A DNA stretch of 64,000 nucleotides from a virus (Duplodnaviria; Caudoviricetes). Each line of letters begins with the position of its first letter. Positions within the stretch are counted from its first letter, which is position 1. Under the pieces are notes generated by a model. The model had not been told where the DNA came from. It worked only from the letters and a program-made list of their open reading frames with translations, and did not search any database. The DNA lies in IMG/VR virus record IMGVR_UViG_3300032236_000300, positions 1,214-65,213 of that record; one strand, 5' to 3'. The position numbers and the translations under genes are program-made. Of the stretch, positions 19,038-27,784 are shown piece after piece.

Positions 19038-20162
19038 ATGTCAAGTACATATTCAACCAACCTAGCCTTAGAGCTGATGGGCACCGGCGACCAAGCCGGT
19101 AACTGGGGGCAGACCACCAACATCAATCTTGGCACTCTAATTGAACAGGCTATCTCAGGAATTGTTACTCAGGCAATTACTGACGGAGCAGATACGGTTA
19201 TCACCATACCAAACGGGGCTACTGGTGTTGCTCGGAACATGGTAATTGAATGCACGGGCACATTGACTGCAGCCCGTAACTTGATCGTTCCAACTAATAA
19301 AAAGTTGTATTTTATTTACAACAACACTTCTGGTGGATATGCAGTAACAGTTAAGGTCTCAGGCCAAACCGGTGTATCAGTTCCTAACGGGGCAAAGGTC
19401 ATCTTGATGATGAACAGCGCTGGCACAGACATTGTGGCGGCTACAAACTACATGCCAACTTTGACCTTGGGCACTCCATTGGCTACTTCACAAGGCGGAA
19501 CAGGTGCTACGGGCGCTTCAACAGGATCAGGTGGCCCAGTTCTTTCTACATCCCCAACAATAACTACACCAACATTAAATAGTCCAACGCTAGTAACCGC
19601 AGCTTTGGGAACACCAGCATCTGGAACAATGACCAATGTTACGGGTTTACCCCTAACCACAGGTGTGACTGGAATTTTGCCAATTGCTAATGGTGGCAAT
19701 AACAGCGCTGCAACTCCCACTGCTGGCGGTATTGTTTATGGTGATGGTTCTTCGCATCAAGTTTCAGCGGCTGGCACGGCTGGGCAGGTCTTAGTTTCTA
19801 ACGGTACAAGCGCACCGGGCTGGACAAATGCTGCTACTGGAACAGTTACATCTATTGCAACTGGCAATGGATTGTCTGGTGGAACTATTACTACTAGCGG
19901 AACACTAACATTAGGTTCAGTTGCATTTAACACAATTGGATCGTATGCGGTTGGAAATATCACAAATACAGGAACACTCAGCATAAACCCGGGCGATACT
20001 TTATCTGCGGGAACTGGTAATGGTCAATTTAAATGTATGAATCAATCTACTGGAAATCCCACTAGCAATGCCGCTAGTGGTACATGGAGATTTATGAGTT
20101 TTGGTGCATTTGCTCAATGTGGACAACCAATTCAAGGTGTAATGTGTGTAAAGATTGCCTAA
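19038..20162 (+). CDS. Tail fibre-like protein
   Basis: MSSTYSTNLALELMGTGDQAGNWG N-terminus; L..A.GG.G repeats. Confidence 0.65.
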   Translation: MSSTYSTNLALELMGTGDQAGNWGQTTNINLGTLIEQAISGIVTQAITDGADTVITIPNGATGVARNMVIECTGTLTAARNLIVPTNKKLYFIYNNTSGGYAVTVKVSGQTGVSVPNGAKVILMMNSAGTDIVAATNYMPTLTLGTPLATSQGGTGATGASTGSGGPVLSTSPTITTPTLNSPTLVTAALGTPASGTMTNVTGLPLTTGVTGILPIANGGNNSAATPTAGGIVYGDGSSHQVSAAGTAGQVLVSNGTSAPGWTNAATGTVTSIATGNGLSGGTITTSGTLTLGSVAFNTIGSYAVGNITNTGTLSINPGDTLSAGTGNGQFKCMNQSTGNPTSNAASGTWRFMSFGAFAQCGQPIQGVMCVKIA

Positions 20163-20173
20163 AGGAAAAATAA

Positions 20174-20428
20174 ATGCTAACTTTTCAATACGCCAAAAAT
20201 CCTACCTTTGCTTCTGAAGACAAGTCAATAATATCTTTGACAGTTAAATTTGCAGAATATAACGAGGAATTGCCATTTGGTGCAACAAACTATGATTGTT
20301 ATGACTATGGTCGTGATATTTATCAACGAGCATTAGCAGGTGAATTTGGTGAGATTGGAGCATTTGTTCCACCAGTTGTAGAACCTAGTCCTAATCAACC
20401 AACAACAATGGGATCACAGGATTTATGA
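20174..20428 (+). CDS. Probable tail fibre assembly protein
   Basis: PFGAT..D...YGRDIYQRALAGEFGEI pattern. Confidence 0.55.
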   Translation: MLTFQYAKNPTFASEDKSIISLTVKFAEYNEELPFGATNYDCYDYGRDIYQRALAGEFGEIGAFVPPVVEPSPNQPTTMGSQDL

Positions 20429-20706
20429 CTGAAGCGGTAAGTCTTGCTCATACTGTCACTTATGACGGAGCAACTTTGAATGTGTATCACGCAAACAAGG
20501 GCGAAGGCTTACCACGGCATAGTCATACATTTTCCCATTTGACTATGTGTCATAGTGGTAGTTGTGTGATTCGTAAAGAAGGAATTGAGAAAGTGATTGA
20601 CAAGTACACGCAACCAATAAATCTCAAAGCGGCTGAATGGCATGAGATCGAGGCGCTGGAAGACGGCACGGTATTTGTAAACGTGTTTTCTGAGGATAAG
20701 TACTAA
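20425..20706 (+). CDS. Cupin-fold protein
   Basis: LPRHSHTFSHLT ... WHEIEALEDGTVFVNV metal-binding cupin motifs. Confidence 0.7.
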   Translation: MTEAVSLAHTVTYDGATLNVYHANKGEGLPRHSHTFSHLTMCHSGSCVIRKEGIEKVIDKYTQPINLKAAEWHEIEALEDGTVFVNVFSEDKY

Positions 20707-20709
20707 GGT

Positions 20710-21423
20710 GTGGACCCATTTACTCTCCTCATGGCAGCCCAGACTGCCGTTGGCTTTATCAAGCAAGGGTGCGCACTCCTGCATGAAGGGCGGATGGAGC
20801 TTGAGAACGCGAAATCAACAGCGGAACAAGTCATTGGAGATGTCAAGGCAATCAAAGGAATTTTTGATTGGTTCATTGGTCTATTTGCTAGTAAACCAGC
20901 CGCCGAAGCGCCAAAGCCTGTGGCGAAAAAGAAAGCCAAAGTATCAGCCAAACAACAGTCCTACGAAGAACTCGAGCTCAAGCTCATTAAAGACATTGGA
21001 GACAACCTTGGGCTACTCTTCGATACACAACAACAGATCACAAACCACTATCTTGAATTAGAAGAGGAGAGCAAAACTAACTACGACCCGGCGCAAAACA
21101 CCAGCAAGAAAGCTATTGAGCGTGCGCTGATTGAGTTGCAGTTGGAGAAGTTGATGGAGCAGGTGCGAGAGGCTATGGTCTACGCACCGCCAGAGTTGAA
21201 GGATTTGTACTCCCGTTTCTTGAAAATGTACAAGAAGATTGAGCAAGAGCAGGAGTGGGCAAGGAGTGAGACGCTTCGCAAAGCTAGGTTGGCTAGATGG
21301 AAGCGTGAACGAGATGAAATTTATTGTATTGAGATAACAAGTGGGGTGATTGCCGTGATGTTTGTGTCATTATTTTTTGGGTGGTTAATGTGGCAACTGC
21401 GAAGCTTGTCTGGTGGGTATTGA
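20710..21423 (+). CDS. Coiled-coil protein with C-terminal TM helix
   Basis: MDPFTLL N-terminus; hydrophobic C-terminal segment; precedes the lysis genes. Confidence 0.6.
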   Translation: MDPFTLLMAAQTAVGFIKQGCALLHEGRMELENAKSTAEQVIGDVKAIKGIFDWFIGLFASKPAAEAPKPVAKKKAKVSAKQQSYEELELKLIKDIGDNLGLLFDTQQQITNHYLELEEESKTNYDPAQNTSKKAIERALIELQLEKLMEQVREAMVYAPPELKDLYSRFLKMYKKIEQEQEWARSETLRKARLARWKRERDEIYCIEITSGVIAVMFVSLFFGWLMWQLRSLSGGY

Positions 21424-21563
21424 TAGGGGTAGCGATATGTATTGTTGTAGGAGTTACTTCAATGGCATACGTAGAAACCCTATACATGCGTGCGCAGCTC
21501 AAACAAGAGATCAAAGAACTTAGAAAGTTAAAACAGGAAATCAAAAATGCTAAGTCTGACTAA
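21381..21563 (+). CDS. Small membrane protein
   Basis: TM segment followed by a basic coiled coil; exact start uncertain. Confidence 0.5.
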   Translation: MVNVATAKLVWWVLIGVAICIVVGVTSMAYVETLYMRAQLKQEIKELRKLKQEIKNAKSD

Positions 21564-21993
21564 TCCTTGGATACTTGTAAGCGTCATTTCGCTGGTTGTC
21601 AGCTCATTCTTTTATGGGCATCATGTGGCCTATGTGGAACAAGAAACTGAGATTGCTCGGTTAAACTTGATTGAGCGCGACAAGGAAGAACAGATGAAGG
21701 TGCTGGCAAACGCCAAGTCACGGGAATTAGAAAGGGCAAACAATGAAGCTAAAGCCAAAATTACTGAGTTGCAGTCTAACCTTGCTACTGGCGAGCTGCG
21801 GTTTTCTATCGCCACCCGCTCCGTTCAAACCTGCTCAGATTCCACCTCTACCACCGGAAATACGATCAGCCGAGCCGAACTTGACCCAACGGTTAGTCAA
21901 TCTCTTGTCGCCATCACAGCCGACGGCGACTCAGCAATCCGCAGTCTCAACGCCTGCATCGATCTCTACAACCAAGTAAGGGGTAAACAATGA
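21547..21993 (+). CDS. Rz: Inner-membrane spanin (Rz-like)
   Basis: N-terminal TM, coiled coil, GELRFSI, C-terminal GDSAIRSLNACIDLY. Confidence 0.8.
   Translation: MLSLTNPWILVSVISLVVSSFFYGHHVAYVEQETEIARLNLIERDKEEQMKVLANAKSRELERANNEAKAKITELQSNLATGELRFSIATRSVQTCSDSTSTTGNTISRAELDPTVSQSLVAITADGDSAIRSLNACIDLYNQVRGKQ
21743..21979 (+). CDS. Rz1: Outer-membrane spanin lipoprotein (Rz1-like), embedded in Rz
   Basis: +1 frame inside Rz; lipobox LLLASC, then Pro-rich PPAPFKPAQIPPLPP. Confidence 0.75.
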   Translation: MKLKPKLLSCSLTLLLASCGFLSPPAPFKPAQIPPLPPEIRSAEPNLTQRLVNLLSPSQPTATQQSAVSTPASISTTK

Positions 21994-22217
21994 AATGGGA
22001 TTTAAAAGCAATCGTCACACTTATTGCTTGTGTGGCATTGATGGAAGTAGTGACCTCAATGGTCTGGATGTTTGTTCAAGCAATCCTTGACCCAACAGTT
22101 GATGACAAAGTTGTGTTTGATATTGTTGGGCCTGCTTTCCAAACTATTGTTGGTGGTTTTATTGGTCTAATTACAGGTATTCACATTGGAAAGGCATCAA
22201 ATGACGCAACTGAGTGA
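21990..22217 (+). CDS. Holin-like two-TM protein
   Basis: Two hydrophobic segments; lies between the spanins and the endolysin. Confidence 0.45.
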   Translation: MKWDLKAIVTLIACVALMEVVTSMVWMFVQAILDPTVDDKVVFDIVGPAFQTIVGGFIGLITGIHIGKASNDATE

Positions 22218-22656
22218 GCATTTTTCGCTTGATGAGGCGACGTATAGCGAGACCGCTGTGCGTATGCACATTAACAACCAGCCCGATGAGCGTCAACTGG
22301 CGAACATGAAGATAGCGGCTGAAAACTTGGAGAAAGTCCGTGCTGTTACAGGACCTATGCGTGTTAACTCTTGGCTTCGCCTTCCTGATGTTAATGTGGC
22401 TGTGGGTGGTTCCAAGGTTAGCAGCCACATGGATGGGTGGGCAATTGACTGCTCTAGCTCTGCTCATACTCCTTACGAACTGTGCCAGCTAGTTTTGAAG
22501 GCTGGTATTAAGTTTGACCAGATGATCCACGAGTACGGCAGATGGATGCATATATCGTTTGCCCCCGAGATGCGTCAGCAAGAGTTGACTATCTATAAAC
22601 CCGAAGGTAAGTACAAACCCGGCATCTTGACCGAAGCCGAATACCACGCAAAGTAA
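22201..22656 (+). CDS. Endolysin, peptidase M15 family
   Basis: LSEHFSLDE, SWLR...N.AVGG...SSHMDGWAID, WMHISF zinc-ligand motifs. Confidence 0.85.
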   Translation: MTQLSEHFSLDEATYSETAVRMHINNQPDERQLANMKIAAENLEKVRAVTGPMRVNSWLRLPDVNVAVGGSKVSSHMDGWAIDCSSSAHTPYELCQLVLKAGIKFDQMIHEYGRWMHISFAPEMRQQELTIYKPEGKYKPGILTEAEYHAK

Positions 22657-22657
22657 T

Positions 22658-24991
22658 ATGCCATTACAGAAACTGCAATTTAGACCGGGCGTCAACAGAG
22701 AATCAACCACCCTTGCCAACGAGGGCGGATGGTTTGAGTCCGACAAAATTCGGTTTCGTTCTGGCTTTCCTGAGAAGATTGGTGGCTGGGTAAGAGACAC
22801 AGGTAATTACTATTCTCCAGTACCCACAGGCACTCTTGTATCTAACGGAACATCTGTTGCAGCAGCCCCGACAACCGGTGCGTTCTGGGGTGTGGTTAAG
22901 TCAATGTGGAACTGGCTTAATTTATCCGGATATAACCTTCTTGGTGTTGGTACTAATCTTAAGTACTACATACAAAACTCCAGTGGCGGTGCTTTTAACG
23001 ACATTACCCCCATTCGTTTCACTACATCCGCAGGAGCGGTTACCTTTGCAGCCACTAATGGTTCTGCAACTATTACGGTTTCTAACTCTGGGCACGGCGC
23101 CCAGACTGGCGATTTTGTTTGTTTTAGTGGTGCTGCTTCTTTGGGTGGAAACATAACCGCATCGGTGTTAAACCGTGAGTATCAAATCACTTACGTAAAC
23201 AGCAACGCTTACACAATAACTGCTTCTGTTGCGGCAAATAGCAGTGACACAGGTTCTGGCGGCGCTTCTACGATTGGTAGTTACCAACTTAACAGTGGTT
23301 ATGGAACTTTCACCTTTGGCACTGGCTGGGGTGCTGGTGGCTGGGGCGGCTCTACCGGACCCGCATTCTCAACCACTCTTAATGGAAGCATCACTGCTAG
23401 TTCTACTTCCGCTATTACGGTTGTATCCACTACTGGTTTTGCTTCTAGCGGAACAATATATATTGGCGGCGAGGCAATCACATACACCTCAACCACTGGT
23501 ACTACATTTGCTGGAACCATTACTCGCGGCGTAAGCAACACTCCTGCAACGGCGCACTCTAGTGGCGACTTAGTTTCTCAATTTGCAGCTACTGCGACAG
23601 GCTGGGGTTCCGCAGCCACAACGGGTGTTGGTATTCAAATCCGCTTATGGAGTCAGAATAACTTTGGTCAAGACTTAATCATCAACCCCCGTGGTGGTGC
23701 GTTGTATTACTGGGCAAACAATGCCAGTCCAAACGTATACGACAGAGCGCAAACAATGGTTGCTGGTGGAACCATTACAAATACGGCTGGAACTACTACG
23801 CTAGACGCAACATTCCCATCTGTAGCAAATGGCGTCTTAGTATCCGACTCATCTAGGTTTGTATTTGCTTGGGGATGTAACGATCCTACTGGTGTGTATG
23901 CAACTGTTGCCCAAGACCCGCTTCAGATTCGCTGGTCAGATCAAGGCTTATTTGGCGTGTGGACACCACAAGTTACCAACCAAGCAGGCGGTATTCGTCT
24001 AAGCCGTGGCTCTTCAATTATTAGTTGGTTACAGACCCGTCAAGAGGTATTGGTTTGGACTGATGCGGCACTGTATTCGCTTCAATATCTTGGTCCTCCT
24101 TACGTATGGGGTACTCAGATTCTTGGGGATAACTTATCTATTGTCAGCCCCAACTGCACCGCCGTGGCTAGTAACGTGGTTTACTGGATGGGTGCTGATA
24201 AGTTTTATATGTATTCCGGTCGCGTAGAAACTTTGCCTTGCTCTATCCGCCAGTACATCTATGACAACATTAACTTGACCGAGGCGTTCCAGATTCACTG
24301 CGGAACAAACGAGGGCTACAACGAAATATGGTGGTTCTATCCATCTGTTACTGGTACTAATGCCGATGGAACAAATGGTTCTGGAACTTCCGCCAACCCC
24401 AATTCACTTATTGACCGCTATGTAATCTATAACCATTTAGAGCGCACTTGGTACTATGGAACCATGAACGGTACAACTGTTCGTCCTCGTACTGCTTGGC
24501 TAGATAGTCCGCTTCGCGCAGAGCCAACTGTAGCTATAGGGTATGTCTCTAGTAGTGCTTATACCAATGCAGCTGTTGTTTACCATGAAACGGGGATTGA
24601 CAACAATGAGACAGGTACTCCAGTGGCTATTGATGCTTATTGCCAATCTGCGGACTTTGACATCGGGGATGGTCATAACTATGGTTTTGTTTGGCGTGTT
24701 ATTCCTGACGTCACATTTGATGGCTCAACAAGCTCCGCACCCAACCTTAATTTCACGATTAAGCCGAGGGCTAATCCCGGTTCGGCTTACGGTGATGCCG
24801 ACAATCCATTGGTTACCAGCGCAAACAACTACTCCACTGCGCCTTACTACAACGTCCAAAAATTTACACAAATTGTGTATGTGCGGGCACGGGGCAGGCA
24901 GATGGCATTTCGGATTGAATCAAACAACTTAGGCACTCAGTGGCAGTTAGGCACTCCACGTATTGATGTCAGACCGGATGGGAGGAGGTAG
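22658..24991 (+). CDS. Tail nozzle / virion stabilisation protein
   Basis: 777-aa beta-rich protein; IRWSDQ, AGGIRL..GS.I, VWTD, YWMG propeller-like motifs. Confidence 0.6.
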   Translation: MPLQKLQFRPGVNRESTTLANEGGWFESDKIRFRSGFPEKIGGWVRDTGNYYSPVPTGTLVSNGTSVAAAPTTGAFWGVVKSMWNWLNLSGYNLLGVGTNLKYYIQNSSGGAFNDITPIRFTTSAGAVTFAATNGSATITVSNSGHGAQTGDFVCFSGAASLGGNITASVLNREYQITYVNSNAYTITASVAANSSDTGSGGASTIGSYQLNSGYGTFTFGTGWGAGGWGGSTGPAFSTTLNGSITASSTSAITVVSTTGFASSGTIYIGGEAITYTSTTGTTFAGTITRGVSNTPATAHSSGDLVSQFAATATGWGSAATTGVGIQIRLWSQNNFGQDLIINPRGGALYYWANNASPNVYDRAQTMVAGGTITNTAGTTTLDATFPSVANGVLVSDSSRFVFAWGCNDPTGVYATVAQDPLQIRWSDQGLFGVWTPQVTNQAGGIRLSRGSSIISWLQTRQEVLVWTDAALYSLQYLGPPYVWGTQILGDNLSIVSPNCTAVASNVVYWMGADKFYMYSGRVETLPCSIRQYIYDNINLTEAFQIHCGTNEGYNEIWWFYPSVTGTNADGTNGSGTSANPNSLIDRYVIYNHLERTWYYGTMNGTTVRPRTAWLDSPLRAEPTVAIGYVSSSAYTNAAVVYHETGIDNNETGTPVAIDAYCQSADFDIGDGHNYGFVWRVIPDVTFDGSTSSAPNLNFTIKPRANPGSAYGDADNPLVTSANNYSTAPYYNVQKFTQIVYVRARGRQMAFRIESNNLGTQWQLGTPRIDVRPDGRR

Positions 24992-24995
24992 CCGT

Positions 24996-25091
24996 ATGTT
25001 CGGATTGTATGTTTCAAAGTGTTATGCAACCATAGAGGAAGCAGCCGCAGCCCGCAAAGAACTTGAACGTATGCACTGGGGCATTGCTTAA
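24996..25091 (+). pseudogene. Remnant of an AP2-domain (HNH-AP2 type) endonuclease gene
   Basis: 31-aa ORF MFGLYVSKCYATIEEAAAARKELERMHWGIA resembles the AP2 C-terminal helix. Confidence 0.45.
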
Positions 25092-25744
25092 TGACCATCC
25101 CAACCAATACCCAGCTACGTGCTAGTCAACAGCCGCGTTTACCTGCGGCTCCGGTTCAGTACGACCAGACTTTTATTGACTCATCTTTCAGTATTCTGCG
25201 CCAGTATTTCAATCAATTAGACAACCTGACCCAGAGCTTACTGACCAACACGGGCGGCAGGTTTCTGCGCACAGTCTGCGGGTCTTTCTACGACACGACG
25301 ACTCAAAACGCAGCAGTAGCTAACACCGCATACAAAGTCACATTAAACAGCACCGATTCCGCCATATCAAACGGTGTTTCTATTGTTAGTAATTCACGCA
25401 TTACAGTTGTGTATCCCGGCGTATACAACATTCAGTTCTCGGCGCAGTTTACGCGTTCCAACTCTGGAACAGACGTGGTCAGTGTTTGGTTTGCAAAAAA
25501 CGGTGTGAACATAGACAATTCATGCACAGACATTGTTTTGACTGGCGGCGCTGCGGCATCGGCAACCGTTGCTTCATGGAATTATTTTATTTCGCTAAAC
25601 GCCGGTGATTATTTTGAAATTGTGTGGTCAACACCGGATACACATGTTTCTATTACTTACGGGGGTACAAGAACTTCCCCTGTGCGTCCAGCAGTTCCGT
25701 CTGTCATAGCCACGGTTTCATTTGTCTCAGCCCCTCTATCATGA
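25091..25744 (+). CDS. Hypothetical virion protein
   Basis: PRLPAAPVQYD...LRQYFNQLD, then a GVYNIQFSAQ jelly-roll-like domain. Confidence 0.6.
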   Translation: MTIPTNTQLRASQQPRLPAAPVQYDQTFIDSSFSILRQYFNQLDNLTQSLLTNTGGRFLRTVCGSFYDTTTQNAAVANTAYKVTLNSTDSAISNGVSIVSNSRITVVYPGVYNIQFSAQFTRSNSGTDVVSVWFAKNGVNIDNSCTDIVLTGGAAASATVASWNYFISLNAGDYFEIVWSTPDTHVSITYGGTRTSPVRPAVPSVIATVSFVSAPLS

Positions 25745-25778
25745 TAAACTCAATTAACCCCCCATCTACGAGGCAAAA

Positions 25779-27323
25779 ATGAGCCTACAACTTGCTGCCC
25801 AACATTTAGCCGACCACGGTCGTGGTAAAGATACCGAACTTGTCCACATGGATAAGGGTGAAGTAAGAAGTCTCCAAGCTCTTGCCCAACAACACGGCGG
25901 GCATCTAACAATCAACCCCCACACTGGACTAGTTGAAGCAGGCTTCTTGTCTTCTATTTTGCCTATGGTTGCTGGCGCTGCTTTAGGTCCGGCAGGGTTT
26001 GGCATAACCAGTGCTTTAGGCGCGGGCTTAATGGTAGGTGCTGGAAGTATGATTCTTAACCCCAAAGGCGGGTTGATGGGCGGCTTGATGGCTGGCCTCG
26101 GTGCTTATGGTGGTGCTGGATTAGGTGAAGGCTTAGCAAAACTTGGTGTTAGTTCTGAAGCTGGTTTAACAGGTGGCGCTACAGCCAACGAAGCTGTTGA
26201 TGAACAAATGAAAAAGATGGTTGCTGATCGTGAAACGCAGATAGCGGAACAACAGGCAAATCTTACAAAAATGGATCCTTCGTATAACCCAACAAGCGGG
26301 GGTCAAATTACTAATACACCAATGCAGCCGTATACCGACGCTGAGTTAGCGCAGAACCGTGCTACTTTGATGAATGAGTATCAAGCCACGGCACCTAAAA
26401 CTGCCCCACAAAGTCTTTCTAGCATGGCGCCTACAGATCGCTTTAACGCTATGATGACTGGCGCACAGCAAGTTGTAAGTAATCCTTCTCAACTAAAAGA
26501 CGTTGGTGGTGGTAGCTATGCAGGCTTAGCTAAATTGGGTGCAGAGGCTTTGGCTCCTGCGGCTCCTGCCGTTGCTTCTTCGTTAGCAAAACCCGGTACC
26601 TTAAACATCCCCGGCATAACAACAGCCACTGGTGCATCGGGACAAGCAGTTGTACCGCGTTATAGCTACACACCCGGTATGGCTACGCCGACTCCTGTGG
26701 CTAGTGCAACAGGCAGAGAAAATCTTTATTTCCCCGGCAGTAAGTACACAGCGCTCTCTGCTGATGAAGCGTCCTCGCTTTATGGGTATCCAATTAAGTA
26801 TGGCTACGCCGACGGCGGAGCAACTGTTGGTAGAAACCCTGTAGAGCAAATGTCTAACCAAAATGCTATCGGTGCCAATACGGGTTTTCCCCAAGCATAT
26901 TTGCATAATAACGCATACGCTACTCCGTACCAAACACCTGTATCCCAAAATGTACTGACAGGCCCCGGCGATACTGGAGTAGACCCCTACACAGGGGAGC
27001 AAAAAATGGCTACAGGAGGTATCTCCGATGCAAGATATAACTTGGGCGGTTATTCTGATGGTGGTCGTCTCTTGCGGGGTCCCGGCGATGGTGTTTCTGA
27101 TTCTATTCCTGCTGTCATAGGTAAAAAACAGCCCGCACGTTTAGCCGACGGCGAATTTGTAGTACCTGCACGTATAGTTTCTGAGTTGGGCAATGGCTCG
27201 ACCGAGGCTGGTGCACGTAAGTTGTACGCAATGATGGACAGAATCCAAGCCTCTAGAAAGAAAACTGTAGGCAAAGATCGCGTCGCGTATAACAACAAAG
27301 TTGACAGGCACTTGCCTGCATGA
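25779..27323 (+). CDS. Probable ejection (internal virion) protein
   Basis: Gly/Ala-rich hydrophobic segments; C-terminal GPGDGVSDSIPA...LADGEFVVPA domain. Confidence 0.6.
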   Translation: MSLQLAAQHLADHGRGKDTELVHMDKGEVRSLQALAQQHGGHLTINPHTGLVEAGFLSSILPMVAGAALGPAGFGITSALGAGLMVGAGSMILNPKGGLMGGLMAGLGAYGGAGLGEGLAKLGVSSEAGLTGGATANEAVDEQMKKMVADRETQIAEQQANLTKMDPSYNPTSGGQITNTPMQPYTDAELAQNRATLMNEYQATAPKTAPQSLSSMAPTDRFNAMMTGAQQVVSNPSQLKDVGGGSYAGLAKLGAEALAPAAPAVASSLAKPGTLNIPGITTATGASGQAVVPRYSYTPGMATPTPVASATGRENLYFPGSKYTALSADEASSLYGYPIKYGYADGGATVGRNPVEQMSNQNAIGANTGFPQAYLHNNAYATPYQTPVSQNVLTGPGDTGVDPYTGEQKMATGGISDARYNLGGYSDGGRLLRGPGDGVSDSIPAVIGKKQPARLADGEFVVPARIVSELGNGSTEAGARKLYAMMDRIQASRKKTVGKDRVAYNNKVDRHLPA

Positions 27324-27784
27324 GCACGATATACGCAGATGAAGACCCATCCTCATTTATTGAGGAGCTGAAGGTAATTTTGCCTGAGCATTATGAAGAG
27401 CTCTGCGTAACTAAAGATTTTCCCTTGATGCCAGACTATGAAGCCTACGGGCGGTTGTGCGTGGCGAAGATGCTGAAGTGCATAACTTGTAGGATAGATG
27501 GGGCGCTAGTTGGATACGCTATCTTTATAGTCCAACCTCATTTACACTATATGAGCTGCAAGACAGCATTTGAGGATATTTACTTTCTCAAGAAAGAATT
27601 CCGCCAAGGACGTAACGGAGTAAGACTATTCCAGTACGCCGAACGCGTGCTTAAAAGTGAAGGTGTGCACAGAATAATCATGCACACAAAAATGCACATG
27701 GACAACTCTCGGCTATTTGAGTACCTTGGTTACAAGTTTACCGATAAGCTGTTTACGAAAATTTTGAGCACGGAGCAAACATGA
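27320..27784 (+). CDS. GNAT-fold acetyltransferase-like protein
   Basis: LVGY, EDIYFLKKEFRQGRNGVRLF and LFEYLGY match GNAT motifs A/B. Confidence 0.7.
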   Translation: MSTIYADEDPSSFIEELKVILPEHYEELCVTKDFPLMPDYEAYGRLCVAKMLKCITCRIDGALVGYAIFIVQPHLHYMSCKTAFEDIYFLKKEFRQGRNGVRLFQYAERVLKSEGVHRIIMHTKMHMDNSRLFEYLGYKFTDKLFTKILSTEQT

